Positions 8,652 to 19,079 are shown, numbered from the stretch's first letter. The stretch is 64,000 bases of DNA from an uncultured Poribacteria bacterium (GCA_958296135.2 CATQHZ020000001.1:2336001-2400000); one strand, 5' to 3'. Notes: a model not told the origin generated them from the letters alone. Made by a program: numbers and translations.

Positions 8652-10646
8652 CTAACTCGCCCGGTAGACTTTAACGATTTCCGAGATAACACGCCCCCGG
8701 TTCTTCCAATTCATACGCGCCGGCGGAATGAGATAGATACCATCAATTGGAATCCTATCCTGCTTCCGAATCTCCTGCACCAAATCCAGCGTTAACTTCA
8801 TGCCGAGTTCCTGCCCTGCTGTATCGCCGAGGTCGCGGAATTTATCAACGATAATCTGTGGGATGTAAAGCCCCAGATTGTCGCGTAGATAGGAGGCACT
8901 GCGAAAACTGGTGAGGGGGAGAACGCCGTAAAGGATTTTGATGCCGAGGTGTGCTGTCGCTTTTTGCGCACGCGCGATGTCTTCAAACGTCCAGACAGGT
9001 TGCGTATAGGCGAACTTCGCGCCATGCGCCACCTTACTCGTCAAATGCTTGACATGCGGGCTCAGATTCTCCGCAATCGTAAATCCGCCGCCGTAGTAAA
9101 ACGCGCACGGCTCGCCGATTGAGGAACCGTCTGAGAGTTCGCCGCGGTTTAACCGGGCGATGAGTCTCATCAGTTGCACCGCGCCGCGCACGTCAGGCAC
9201 AAGACTCGCCGTCTCATAAGGCCCCACTTTCGGATGATCGCCGGACAGAGCGACGATACCGCGGATACCGAGTGCTTCCGCCTCTAACAGATGTGACTGC
9301 ATGCTGATGAGGTTGCGCGAGCGCGTCGTCCAATGGATGAGCGTCGGAATCTGCGTCGCCTGCTGAAGCCGATACGCCGTGCCTACCGCGCCGATATTCA
9401 CTACCGCACCAGAATTATCTGTCACATCAAACAGATCTACGCCGATAGCGGACAGTGTTTTCGCCGCTCTTAGCAAGGCACGCAATTGTGGGAACGTATT
9501 CGCGCGCATCTCCACACTGACGATGCGTTCGCGCGTCTCAAATACCTGCTGGACAGGGTTCTCAATTTTTTCATACTGGCGCAAAGCGTTCGGTGAACGT
9601 CTCTGACGGTGTGAGGGTTTTCGTCGTAATCCATCATCGACGTTGTCAATGACTACGTTTTTTGCGCGATACAAAAAACTGGGGGGTTTCGGTAGAACAA
9701 AAATGCGCGTCTCCCGTTCAACAGGTGCCTGTCGCGCAACAACCTGCCGAATTTTGGCGGTGTATTCAGGCGTTGTACCGCAACAACCGCCGATCATGTT
9801 CGCGCCAAGTTCTACCAATTTGCGCACGTAGTCGCTGAAAATCTCCGCATCGACGGTGTAGGAGAGCGCAATCTCTCCTTGTTCCACCCTCGGATTGCCG
9901 GCGTTCGGTTGCACAACGAGCGGCACCTTAATGACAGGCGCGAGGAGCTCCATCGCCTCAACCAGATCATGCGGTCCCCGGCAATTGATACCAACCGCAT
10001 GCACGCCGAGCTGCTCCAATTCCTGCGCGAAGACGCGCACATCAACACCCGCGCCAACGGTGCCTCCCGAAATTCCGCTAATTTCAGCGATGACCGGCAC
10101 GTCATAAGTGAGAGCCTGCTGCGTCGCGATTTCCGCCTGCTTCGGCGAGACGAACGTCTCCAATAAAAGCAAATCCGCACCTGCATCAACAAGAGCATCC
10201 ATCTGCTCTTTGAAAAGTCGGCGAATCGCCTTGGTAGCAGGTTCAGGCTGCGCGTGGAAAGACAGCGGCCCCACAGAACCCGCCACATAGCAGGTTTCCC
10301 CCGCGACACCGCGCGCAAGCTGCACACCAGCGCGATTGATTGCCGCAACTTGTTCCGCCAAGCCGTGGTGTGCCAACGCTTCTCTATTCGCTTGATAGGT
10401 ATTCGTCTGGATGACATCCGCACCCGCGCCACAATAGGCGAGGTGGATTGCCGTTACGATAGGCGCGTAAGCGTCATCAATGTTGCAGGCATCGAGGCAC
10501 TGCAGATGCGCGGGGATCCGTTTCCGGAGTTCCGTTCCGATGGCACCGTCGCACACCAGAATTTGACGCGAGAGAGCCGCCAGAAAATCGGTTTTGGGGA
10601 GTGAAGCGGGGTTTTTCGTCGTTTGCAATGCGTTATTTTGTCTCAT
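8652..10646 (-). CDS. yitJ: Bifunctional homocysteine S-methyltransferase / 5,10-methylenetetrahydrofolate reductase (YitJ-like)
   Basis: N-terminal DGAIGTEL, GADVIQTNTY, GINC and IGGCCGTTP (Zn ligands). C-terminal MTHFR-like region with VTDN, ALSGD and YTQPV. Confidence 0.8.
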   Translation of the reverse strand: MRQNNALQTTKNPASLPKTDFLAALSRQILVCDGAIGTELRKRIPAHLQCLDACNIDDAYAPIVTAIHLAYCGAGADVIQTNTYQANREALAHHGLAEQVAAINRAGVQLARGVAGETCYVAGSVGPLSFHAQPEPATKAIRRLFKEQMDALVDAGADLLLLETFVSPKQAEIATQQALTYDVPVIAEISGISGGTVGAGVDVRVFAQELEQLGVHAVGINCRGPHDLVEAMELLAPVIKVPLVVQPNAGNPRVEQGEIALSYTVDAEIFSDYVRKLVELGANMIGGCCGTTPEYTAKIRQVVARQAPVERETRIFVLPKPPSFLYRAKNVVIDNVDDGLRRKPSHRQRRSPNALRQYEKIENPVQQVFETRERIVSVEMRANTFPQLRALLRAAKTLSAIGVDLFDVTDNSGAVVNIGAVGTAYRLQQATQIPTLIHWTTRSRNLISMQSHLLEAEALGIRGIVALSGDHPKVGPYETASLVPDVRGAVQLMRLIARLNRGELSDGSSIGEPCAFYYGGGFTIAENLSPHVKHLTSKVAHGAKFAYTQPVWTFEDIARAQKATAHLGIKILYGVLPLTSFRSASYLRDNLGLYIPQIIVDKFRDLGDTAGQELGMKLTLDLVQEIRKQDRIPIDGIYLIPPARMNWKNRGRVISEIVKVYRAS

Positions 10647-10810
10647 TGGTGTTGTCCAACCGACGCAGCTGGTATCGCGCTTTGCGCCATACAAACATTT
10701 TTCGGTGGGACATTTGCCGCTAGGCGCGCTTGGATGAAGATTCAGAAAATTTTGCCCGATGGAAACGGGCGGATATTTAACCATATCCGCCCTTACAGGC
10801 GAGGGCCACA

Positions 10811-12424
10811 TTATTTGATCTGTTCCCCCGCGCTTTCAGTCGGAACATAGTAATAGCCGAAGATGATGCACATCTCATCCTCGGACGAAAGCCCGAATCG
10901 GAGCGGCACCTCCGTGTCGTAGTTGTTATGCGTGCAACGGAACGTGAGCCCATCGTCTGATTCCAAAACGACACGCGGGTCATACAGCGTAATTGGCGCA
11001 TCGTCATACGCGACACTCCGATGCAACAACTCGCCGGTGGACATCTGATTAATCTCAAACAACTCGCCGTGCCGATGCATGTGCGATGTCAGCAAGAAGA
11101 CATTCACCGCGGTATTCTGCGCGTGCCCGCGGCGTTCTAACTCATCTTCAATATACCAATCCATTTTGGCAACGCGCGTTGCGCCGGGCGGCACGTTAAT
11201 CTCCCGGTTCGATACGAAAATCTCAACCGCCTCGTAGCGCACCTCTTCCTCCGGAATCGTCCAGAGGTTGACGTAAGTTTCACCGTGCAGCTCGCCAGAG
11301 CCAAGCAGATTGATGTAGTGCGAGTTCAGATCATAGACAGTATCACCGGGGAGCCGGAGTGCCACACCGTCAGGGAAGCCAAAGACGGTATCATCGGTTT
11401 GCGTGCCGACGACGAAAAGCCGGTCAATCCCGAAATTGCCGAGTGCCTGCGGGTCCGCCGTGTCAAGCTCCCGGAAGGTATCAGCGGGATTCACACCGAT
11501 GCCGGGGGCTACCCCGATACTTGGAATACCGTTTCCGATTCCTTCCTCTGTCAGCCGATACAAGATGAAGTGATGGCTGCCGGCGGGGTAGAAAATCTCA
11601 ACTTTATTAATAAAGATGTCACCTTCCACCGGTTGTCCATTCTCATCTCGGATTTGCGTTGCATAGAAAACCTCGCGTTCGGTGCCAGGTTCAATTTTAA
11701 AGGGCGGCAAATAGAGCTGGTATCCCTGTCCCGGTGGCGGCGGTGGGGGAACCTCAAACGTTTCCGCCGGGTCGCGGAGGACAGAAAGATCGCCGATGCC
11801 TGCGAGTTGTGCATCTTCAGACGCGCCTGCTTCTATCCATTTGCGAATTGCCTCTATCTTCGCTTCATGGATAGAACCGGCGTTGAAGGGCATCTTCGCG
11901 CCGAAGGCAGGATTTGCCGGGCCCATTAGTTTCGTCAGAAGAAAACTGTTAGCAGGGTTCCCGGGCTCTACCAACTTCATGCCGGCCGCTGCCGCGGCGG
12001 GGTTCTGCGGTGTTCGTCCGACGAGGGATTGATAAGAGAGCCCGTAGGTGAGATTTAAATTGGCGGAATTCGCGGGAGCAGCATGACACACGCTGTTGGC
12101 GCAACTCTTATCAAAGACGTAATCCTGAATGTCGTGATACGTCGAATTGTCGGCTTCGCCGGTCTCGCCGAAACTACTGCTGACGCGCACCAGATCGAGG
12201 ACGTTGATGATTCCATCGCGATTCACATCCGGGTTCGTCGCGGCGTTCCGGTCGGCAGTTTGGCCAAAGGAACCTGCGATAAGCACCAAGTCTTGGATGT
12301 TGACGACACCATCTTTATTGACATCTTCTAGCAGCGTGGAAGCATCGCCGTGCCCGAACGCCGAGAAGGAAATGCTTCCCGCTAACAAAATCATGAACGC
12401 GAAGCAAACAAATTGTTTGAACAT
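10811..12424 (-). CDS. Secreted protein: dockerin-like EF-hand repeats, cytochrome c-like domain and copper type II (PHM/DBH-like) monooxygenase domain
   Basis: Signal peptide, DVNKDGVVNIQDL / DVNRDGIINVLDL repeats, CANSVCH...KMP...WIEAGA, and Cu ligands SHHF, SHMHRHG and DEMC. Confidence 0.7.
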   Translation of the reverse strand: MFKQFVCFAFMILLAGSISFSAFGHGDASTLLEDVNKDGVVNIQDLVLIAGSFGQTADRNAATNPDVNRDGIINVLDLVRVSSSFGETGEADNSTYHDIQDYVFDKSCANSVCHAAPANSANLNLTYGLSYQSLVGRTPQNPAAAAAGMKLVEPGNPANSFLLTKLMGPANPAFGAKMPFNAGSIHEAKIEAIRKWIEAGASEDAQLAGIGDLSVLRDPAETFEVPPPPPPGQGYQLYLPPFKIEPGTEREVFYATQIRDENGQPVEGDIFINKVEIFYPAGSHHFILYRLTEEGIGNGIPSIGVAPGIGVNPADTFRELDTADPQALGNFGIDRLFVVGTQTDDTVFGFPDGVALRLPGDTVYDLNSHYINLLGSGELHGETYVNLWTIPEEEVRYEAVEIFVSNREINVPPGATRVAKMDWYIEDELERRGHAQNTAVNVFLLTSHMHRHGELFEINQMSTGELLHRSVAYDDAPITLYDPRVVLESDDGLTFRCTHNNYDTEVPLRFGLSSEDEMCIIFGYYYVPTESAGEQIK

Positions 12425-12510
12425 TATTGAGTAAACCTCCAAATTTTTGGATTGTAGGACTTCTACCAAATGAATCACTGTAGTTCGGGCTCGCCCGAGC
12501 CCAAACCTGA

Positions 12511-13263
12511 TTAAGCATCTTTTTTGAAAACCTTCGTTTTTGAAATGAACCGATACTTCAAGAGTGTCCACGCCGCAAACAAGCCGTCAGACCAGAAGCG
12601 GAGTTTCTTTCCCTCTTTTTTCGTCCGTGGAAAATAGGATACCGGCACTTCGTGGATGCGATACCCAGCGCGCAGCACCTTCGCCGTGACTTCCGGACAA
12701 AACTCAAACCCTTCACACGTCAAATTGAGCCCCGTTATCAACGCAGCAGAAAACGCTTTGTAGCCGGTGGACTCATCGGTGATGCGGCACCCATAGAGAA
12801 AGCGCGTCCAACCCGCAAGGAGCCAGTTCGCCGTGAAGTTCAGCCAACTCGCGTTACCCCTGCCGTTAAGAAACCGTGAACCGTAGACGACATGGACATC
12901 GGGCCCCGAGGTAACTCCTACTGTTGGAACAGGAATGTCCCTCCTACTGAACAGAGGCTCAACAAGAGTCAGTAGCTCATCGGGGCACAACTCCAAGTCC
13001 GCGTCTTGGATGACGACAGCATCGCCTTCGACATGCGCCAACCCGGTCCGAATTGCAAACCCCTTGCCGCGGTTCCCGTCGTAATGAACAACGGTGAGTG
13101 CCGCTCCTTTCCGCAACTCCTCAAGCACCGCTTGCGTGCCATCCGTTGAACCGTCGTTGACGACGATAATCTGCGTGTCAAGCGGCAACGCCTGCACGGC
13201 ATCCACGACTTGGCGAATCGTTCGCGCTTCGTTAAATGCAGGGATGATTACGGAGATTCGCAT
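12511..13263 (-). CDS. Glycosyltransferase family 2 (polyprenol-phosphate glycosyltransferase / DPM1-like)
   Basis: Motifs SVIIPAFNE, VVNDGSTDGT, NRGKGFA, IQDADLE, VYGSRF and EVPVSY. Confidence 0.85.
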   Translation of the reverse strand: MRISVIIPAFNEARTIRQVVDAVQALPLDTQIIVVNDGSTDGTQAVLEELRKGAALTVVHYDGNRGKGFAIRTGLAHVEGDAVVIQDADLELCPDELLTLVEPLFSRRDIPVPTVGVTSGPDVHVVYGSRFLNGRGNASWLNFTANWLLAGWTRFLYGCRITDESTGYKAFSAALITGLNLTCEGFEFCPEVTAKVLRAGYRIHEVPVSYFPRTKKEGKKLRFWSDGLFAAWTLLKYRFISKTKVFKKDA

Positions 13264-13378
13264 CGTTTTTTCTGTTGTTCGCAAGACGGCCGATAGAGGG
13301 CTTCTGTGCAAGAGAGTCTGTTTCCGTATTCCGATATCGACGTTGTCAATATCTCGGATTTTCTTTGAGTCATTGCTA

Positions 13379-14170
13379 CTACAGCAACGCCTTCACCATG
13401 CCGCCATCCACCTGAATCGTTGTCCCGGTGATATAACTGGCGCGTTCCGATGCAAGAAACACGACGAGGTTCGCAAACTCAGCGGGCTCGCCGATTCTGC
13501 CGAGAGGGATATCCGCTGTCATTTTCTCCAGTGCCTCCTCAAACGTGATGCCCGCCTCTTCCGCGCGCACCGTCGCGAGCTGCTGGATGCGAGCCGTGAA
13601 AATAATACCGGGACAGACATTGTTCACCAGGATGTTATCCGGTGCCAATTCCGTCGCCAGCGTTTTCGCAAACCCGATAACTCCAGTACGTGCCATATTT
13701 GACAGCATGAGGCCGTCCACCGGTTGCTTCACCGAGACAGAGGTGAGGTTGATAATTCTGCCACCGCCGCGCGCCTGCATCATCGGCACAGCGGCGCGAC
13801 AGAGGTTTATCGTGCTCATCAGGTTGAGCTGCACCGCAGTCTGGTAATCTTCAGCGGCGAGCACCGCGAACCGGCCCGCGCGCGGGCCACCAGCATTATT
13901 AACCAAAATATCAATACCGCCGAAGTGCGAGACTGCCGCGTCAATGAGTGCCTTAACCTGTTCAGGCTGACTGACATCGGTAGGCACGGCGAGGACTTCG
14001 CCGCCGGTCTGCTGTCGAATGTCGTCCGCGGTTGCGTCAAGGGCCTCGCTATTTCTGGCACAGATGGTGACTTTCGCGCCTTCCTGCGCCAATCCGAGCG
14101 CGATGGCACGCCCAAGTCCTTGGCTTGACGCGCCTACCACCGCAATTTTGTCCGTGAGTCCAAGATTCAT
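13379..14170 (-). CDS. SDR family oxidoreductase
   Basis: Motifs GASSQGLGRA, ILVNNAG, VNNVCPG and YITGTTIQVDGG. Confidence 0.9.
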   Translation of the reverse strand: MNLGLTDKIAVVGASSQGLGRAIALGLAQEGAKVTICARNSEALDATADDIRQQTGGEVLAVPTDVSQPEQVKALIDAAVSHFGGIDILVNNAGGPRAGRFAVLAAEDYQTAVQLNLMSTINLCRAAVPMMQARGGGRIINLTSVSVKQPVDGLMLSNMARTGVIGFAKTLATELAPDNILVNNVCPGIIFTARIQQLATVRAEEAGITFEEALEKMTADIPLGRIGEPAEFANLVVFLASERASYITGTTIQVDGGMVKALL

Positions 14171-14214
14171 GGGTTTCTATCCTTCGGGCGGATATAGAAA
14201 TCCACCCTGACACT

Positions 14215-14243
14215 AGTGTAACATTTTCTCGGGGCAATGTCAA
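14215..14243 (-). promoter_or_regulatory. Sigma70-like promoter for the SDR gene
   Basis: TTGACA-17 nt-TACACT on the minus strand, about 45 nt upstream of the start. Confidence 0.55.
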
Positions 14244-14326
14244 GGTTTTTTCAAAACAATTTCGTTCTCCTTGTTTGCGGCTGTGAGGGCAGATATAGAA
14301 ATTCACCCTGACACTCTAGCCCCGCG

Positions 14327-16834
14327 CTATTTTCTGACGAACATCTTCCCCGTAGCGGTAAAATTCCCGGTGGATAACGTGTAAAAGTAGAGTCCACTCG
14401 CCACCGGCTCACCCATCTCGTTGCAGCCATCCCAATAGGCGGCGCGCGCCCGCGTCTGATAAACACCCGCAGCCCGATACCCCAACTCTAACCGCCGCAC
14501 CTGCCGCCCACGCGCATCATAAATCGTGAACGTAACCTCGGCATCCGCAGCCAATTGATACGGAAGCCATGTCTCCGGATTAAACGGGTTGGGATAGTTA
14601 GGGAGCAGTGCTGTCTGTACCGGGCGCAAAGTTGCCAAGAGTGTCTCAAGCATCGCAATTCCCTTTTGAACAGTTGCATCTCTATCGGCGCGGTGCATCG
14701 CCTGCTCGAGCCACTTTTGAACGTCATCAGCAAGTTGTGCAGTTTGCGCCGGCGCAGCACCAATACCAGCCTGCAGTTCACTCGCCACCAACACCAGATC
14801 GGTAATATCCACGATGCCATCGCTGTTCACATCAGGATTCGGATGGGCCCCGGCCCCCATCGATTTGCCAAAATTCGATGCAACTAACACCAAATCTGCA
14901 ACGTTCACCGTCCCATCGCCGTTGACATCTAACGGATTTTGGGCAATGAGCGAATCATCGGCACGGAGCGTCCAATCCTGACGCGTGATATTGCCGTTGA
15001 CATCAATCACTTGCAACCTGATATCGTTGACTCGGCGCGCCGTTAAGGCAGAATCGATGTGAAACGCAACGATACCGGTTTCTCCGCGCAACCGCTGACA
15101 ACTGTGCAATTTGATGCCGGATCCCGGGTCTTGGCGTGTCGTGGGTATCAACAATTGCGCTTGATGGAGTCCATCGGCATCCGCTATCTCAAACTGGAGC
15201 GTGAAGTTTCTGGCGTTGGGTGGATACCGCTGTTGTGAAAGCATCTGAAGCGTTGTTAGTTCATTGAAAGCCGGCTGCTCAGCGTTAAAGAAACGGCTGG
15301 CCCCCAACCATTCAGCGGCACATCTTGATAGCTGGTTCGGCGCGATGCCGTAGGACATGATGTGGGCATCGCTGCGGAAGTCGTGTTCCAATCCAAAGGC
15401 GTGCCCCAGTTCGTGCGCCGCTACCTGAACGTTATCAAAACAGTCGCCAGAAGCAGGAATGACTGCCCAGCCGCTGGTTTCTCGCTGATACGTTTCCCTC
15501 TCAAACCATCGGCCGCCGCCTACCCCACACGTATTTTCGTCGTCAATGACTTGGCTGCTAATATCAACAGCGACGAGATAGACGTTGTTTGACATGTCAA
15601 ACTGCTCCGCGACCTCCTCCATCACTTTCTCAGACGTTTGGGTATGATAATACCGGTCGCGGAATTTCCCATCCACCTGATAGACCAGGGTTTCTCCTGC
15701 CGCATCGGTTTCAAAAGTGAAGGTTTTCCTACCGAACCCGTGTCTTCGCATCTCGGCGGCGTAAAATTGCTGCACCTCTCTGATGAGCGTATCTAATTTT
15801 GCCCACATATTCGGTTGGCCAGAACGGCCCTGAGGGAGGAAGTAAATCAGCCGAACGATGTCTCGTTCAGCCACTTGCCCAGTATTCAGATACGACGCGA
15901 TGTCCCAAAAGCGGAGCGTCCTGTCTTCACCGCCGCTGACAAGCGTCATTCTGTCGCTGGAAAAAGCGAGCGCGTTTACCCAACCACTATGTCCTTGGAG
16001 TTCAACGAGTTGCGCACCGCTATCCACGTCCCAGAGGTGGACTACCTCAGCACCGGCACTCGCCAGCGTCTTTCCATCGTCGGAGAACGCAATATCCTTC
16101 ACCGTCCCAATATGTGTGCGGAGGGTGCCACGGAGCTTCCATCCCGCAACATCCCACAACTTGATTTCGCCATGATACCCCGCGCTCGCGAGGCGTTGAT
16201 TGTCCGGTGAAAACTTAACAGAGAAAACTCCCGCTGTATCGCCTTCCAGCGTGGCGATAACTCGCTTCCGTTGAACATGCCAAATTTTCACGGAGCCGTC
16301 TTCGTATCCAACAGCAAGTTGCTCCCCATTGGGCGAAAAGTCAACTGCGAACGCCCATTTCCCATGTCTGAGCGTGGCTATCTCTTGCCGATTTTGGACA
16401 TGCCATAGTTTCACATGCATGCCGGCACTCGCGAGCACCTGCCGGTCGGACGAAAAGGCAACCGCCTTGATTTGCGAGCGCGCCCGGTCGGTGATATGTT
16501 CAAGCGTTGCGGTTTCCCGGCTTTGGCGAACGTTCCACAATCTGAGCGTGTAGTCGTCACTGCCGCTGGCGAGTAGCCGTCCATCGGGCGAAAATGCCAC
16601 GGCGTTGACAATATCGGTGTGGCCCCGCAGCGTTGTAACAGTATCCTCGCGCAAATGCCACAGCTTAACAGTGTTGTCCTCCCCGCCACTCGCGACGAGT
16701 GCGGCATTCACCGGCGAGAAGGCGGTAGTACGAATGCTACCCTCGCTCTCAAAATAGGTATGCTCTTGCGCGAAGGCAATCTGTGAAAGACACAATAGCA
16801 TCGCTAGTGTGATAAAGAGGTGTTTGCATAGCAT
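14327..16834 (-). CDS. Secreted WD40-repeat protein with zinc metallopeptidase (metzincin) domain, dockerin-like repeats and FlgD/T9SS-like C-terminal domain
   Basis: Signal peptide, ~7 GH...WD repeats, HELGHAFGLEH with Met-turn IMSY, DVNGDGTVNVADL, and LLPNYPNPFNPETW...SGLYFY tail. Confidence 0.85.
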   Translation of the reverse strand: MLCKHLFITLAMLLCLSQIAFAQEHTYFESEGSIRTTAFSPVNAALVASGGEDNTVKLWHLREDTVTTLRGHTDIVNAVAFSPDGRLLASGSDDYTLRLWNVRQSRETATLEHITDRARSQIKAVAFSSDRQVLASAGMHVKLWHVQNRQEIATLRHGKWAFAVDFSPNGEQLAVGYEDGSVKIWHVQRKRVIATLEGDTAGVFSVKFSPDNQRLASAGYHGEIKLWDVAGWKLRGTLRTHIGTVKDIAFSDDGKTLASAGAEVVHLWDVDSGAQLVELQGHSGWVNALAFSSDRMTLVSGGEDRTLRFWDIASYLNTGQVAERDIVRLIYFLPQGRSGQPNMWAKLDTLIREVQQFYAAEMRRHGFGRKTFTFETDAAGETLVYQVDGKFRDRYYHTQTSEKVMEEVAEQFDMSNNVYLVAVDISSQVIDDENTCGVGGGRWFERETYQRETSGWAVIPASGDCFDNVQVAAHELGHAFGLEHDFRSDAHIMSYGIAPNQLSRCAAEWLGASRFFNAEQPAFNELTTLQMLSQQRYPPNARNFTLQFEIADADGLHQAQLLIPTTRQDPGSGIKLHSCQRLRGETGIVAFHIDSALTARRVNDIRLQVIDVNGNITRQDWTLRADDSLIAQNPLDVNGDGTVNVADLVLVASNFGKSMGAGAHPNPDVNSDGIVDITDLVLVASELQAGIGAAPAQTAQLADDVQKWLEQAMHRADRDATVQKGIAMLETLLATLRPVQTALLPNYPNPFNPETWLPYQLAADAEVTFTIYDARGRQVRRLELGYRAAGVYQTRARAAYWDGCNEMGEPVASGLYFYTLSTGNFTATGKMFVRK

Positions 16835-16928
16835 TAGCAATTCCTTTCGTTGTGCGTGAGAGTTCGCGAGGGACAGGTTTTCCCTAGTGCTACGGACCGC
16901 GGGGGTTTTAGCACGAAGGGCTTGACAT

Positions 16929-17960
16929 TCAAAAGTCCAGAGAAACCCGCAATTCCTCGGCGCAAGCCCGAATCTGCCGATAGAGGGTATCCGGTATCTC
17001 GATGCCGTTTTCCCACCTCTGTGCACGGGAGCGCGCCTCAAAGTCACCCGGTACCAAGACTTCGTCAAACCCTGGGGCAGGCGGTGTCGCTTTGACGACA
17101 TCTAAAAACGCGCGCACGCCGCTCTGATATTCAGCCAGCGGCGTGAAGGCATTGACATCGATAACCTGCATAGTGAGCCCCCCTATCTGTCCGGCGTTGG
17201 GATTAAACGTTCCGCCTAATCCACCGAGCAGGGCGACGAAAAGGGAGAGCGCGTAGCCTTTGTGTTTGCCAAAGGCGAGCAGGTGTCCGCCATCCTTGTA
17301 TTCGGCAACTTTGACGGTGGGATTGCCGTGTTTGTCAACAACGCACCCCGGGGGCAGCGCGCGATTTTCGCTGTCCGCGACGTAGGTTTTGCCGTTTGCA
17401 ATCATGCTCGTTGCGAAATCCAAGAGGAACGGGCTGTCATCGCCAGTAGGAACCCCGATAGCGATAGGGTTGGTACCGAGTGCCCCTTCTGCGCCGCCGA
17501 AGGGGAGAATGCGTCCGCCGCCCTTCGCGCCACCACCGACGGTGATAATACCGATACACCCCGCAGCGGCGGCTTCTTCGGCGTATTCACCAACCCGGCC
17601 GATATGTCCCGTCCGAGTGAGCGTTGCGAAACTGTTCCGCGTCTGCTTCGCTTTCTCAATAACGCGCCGAATTGTCCAGCGCGCGGTATAGTGTCCGAAG
17701 CCGCCCTGGCCATCAACGTGCAGCGTATTCTCGGTTTCCCGTAGCACCTTTGGTTCCGCCGCTGGTACAATGCCGCCGCTCTTAATGCCTTCCAGGTAGG
17801 CAGGGATGCGTAGCACGCCGTGGGAATCGTGCCCGGCGAGGTTCGCCTTGATAAGAATCTCGGCGACATCCTCAGCAATGTGCTGCGGCGTGCCTGCCGC
17901 GATGAATACATTCCGAGTGAATGCCTGTAGGTGCGTGGCTTCCACTATGTGCCTTTTCAC
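16929..17960 (-). CDS. Ldh_2 family (malate/L-lactate/ureidoglycolate-type) oxidoreductase
   Basis: Motifs GHDSHGV, HIGRVGEY, GTNPIA, DFATS, HKGYAL and EVLVPG. Confidence 0.9.
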   Translation of the reverse strand: MKRHIVEATHLQAFTRNVFIAAGTPQHIAEDVAEILIKANLAGHDSHGVLRIPAYLEGIKSGGIVPAAEPKVLRETENTLHVDGQGGFGHYTARWTIRRVIEKAKQTRNSFATLTRTGHIGRVGEYAEEAAAAGCIGIITVGGGAKGGGRILPFGGAEGALGTNPIAIGVPTGDDSPFLLDFATSMIANGKTYVADSENRALPPGCVVDKHGNPTVKVAEYKDGGHLLAFGKHKGYALSLFVALLGGLGGTFNPNAGQIGGLTMQVIDVNAFTPLAEYQSGVRAFLDVVKATPPAPGFDEVLVPGDFEARSRAQRWENGIEIPDTLYRQIRACAEELRVSLDF

Positions 17961-18002
17961 GATGGGTGTCTCCTTCGCGCTGCCAAAGCGTGCCTACTGG
18001 CA

Positions 18003-19079
18003 TTATTGGGGGCGGTAGCGTGCCTTGTCTGCCGCTTCAACTGTATCTTCACCGAGCGATAGGCTGAATCTTGCCGCGCATTCCTGCAACTGCGTGTGGA
18101 TAGTGTCCGGTATCTCAATGCCGCTGACGAGTCTTTGCACGCGGGTGCGATGTTCAAAATCACCAGGGACTAACACTTCGTCAAACCCAGAAGCAGGCGG
18201 TGTCGCCTTGATGCCGTCTAAAAACGCGCGCACCCCTTTCTGATACGCGGCCAACGGCGTAAAGGCAGCCGGACGAATTACCTGCATGAAAATGCCGTTC
18301 ATGCGTCCCGTGTCAACGTCAAATGTTCCCGCCAATCCCCCGAGCAAGCAGGTAAACATGGAGAGCGCGTAACCTTTATGTTTACCGAAAGCCAGCAGTG
18401 CGCCGCCATCATAGAAATCGGCAGGTTTGACACTCGGCGCGCCGTGCTTGTCTAAAATACAGCCCTCCGGCAGCTCGGTGCCTTTGCTCCGCGCCACCTG
18501 AATTTTCCCCTCGGCTACGACACTAGTGGCGTAGTCAACGATAAACGGCGATGCGTCCCCTGTCGGCACACCGATGGCGATAGGGTTCGTGCTAAATCGC
18601 CCTTTCGCACCGCCGTAAGGCACCGTCGGCCCCGCGCCCTCGCCGCCCATGCCGACGGTGATGAGCCCGATGCAGCCCGCCGCGGCGGCTTGCTCAGCAT
18701 ATTCTCCCAAACGCCCGATATGCCCGGTGTTGGAGATGCTGACGCAACAGGAGACATCCGCTTGTGCCTTTTCAATCGCCCGTCTCATGCTCCAGCGCGA
18801 CGTATAGTGTCCAAAACCGCCGCCGCCATCAAGGCGTAACGTATTCGCAGTCTCAGCGAGGATGGCAGGCTCGGCAGCCGGGTTGAGGTAACCGCCATCG
18901 ATGCCTCTCAGATAGGCAGGGACGCGGAGCACGCCGTGGGAATCGTGCCCGGCGAGGTTCGCCTTGACGAGAATCTCGGCGACATCCTCGGCGATGTGCC
19001 GGGACGCACCGGCGGCAACAAAGATATTTCTCGCAATCGCGTGCAGGCGCGGGGCCTGAAATAGATGGTTTTTTTCCAT
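18003..19079 (-). CDS. Ldh_2 family oxidoreductase (tandem paralog)
   Basis: Same motifs as the adjacent gene (GHDSHGV, STNPIA, HKGYAL). Start placed at MEKNHL, downstream of a promoter. Confidence 0.9.
   Translation of the reverse strand: MEKNHLFQAPRLHAIARNIFVAAGASRHIAEDVAEILVKANLAGHDSHGVLRVPAYLRGIDGGYLNPAAEPAILAETANTLRLDGGGGFGHYTSRWSMRRAIEKAQADVSCCVSISNTGHIGRLGEYAEQAAAAGCIGLITVGMGGEGAGPTVPYGGAKGRFSTNPIAIGVPTGDASPFIVDYATSVVAEGKIQVARSKGTELPEGCILDKHGAPSVKPADFYDGGALLAFGKHKGYALSMFTCLLGGLAGTFDVDTGRMNGIFMQVIRPAAFTPLAAYQKGVRAFLDGIKATPPASGFDEVLVPGDFEHRTRVQRLVSGIEIPDTIHTQLQECAARFSLSLGEDTVEAADKARYRPQ

Noticed and set aside
10650-10810. SAM riboswitch upstream of the yitJ-like gene
   Set aside because: No SAM-I core motifs are visible. 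The hairpin present is a family D repeat.
16835-17101. N-terminal extensions in the ORF track (also 10647-10811, 12425-12571, 39169-39345, 56107-56277)
   Set aside because: They overlap neighbouring genes or repeats. Downstream ATGs with an RBS or signal peptide are more plausible starts.
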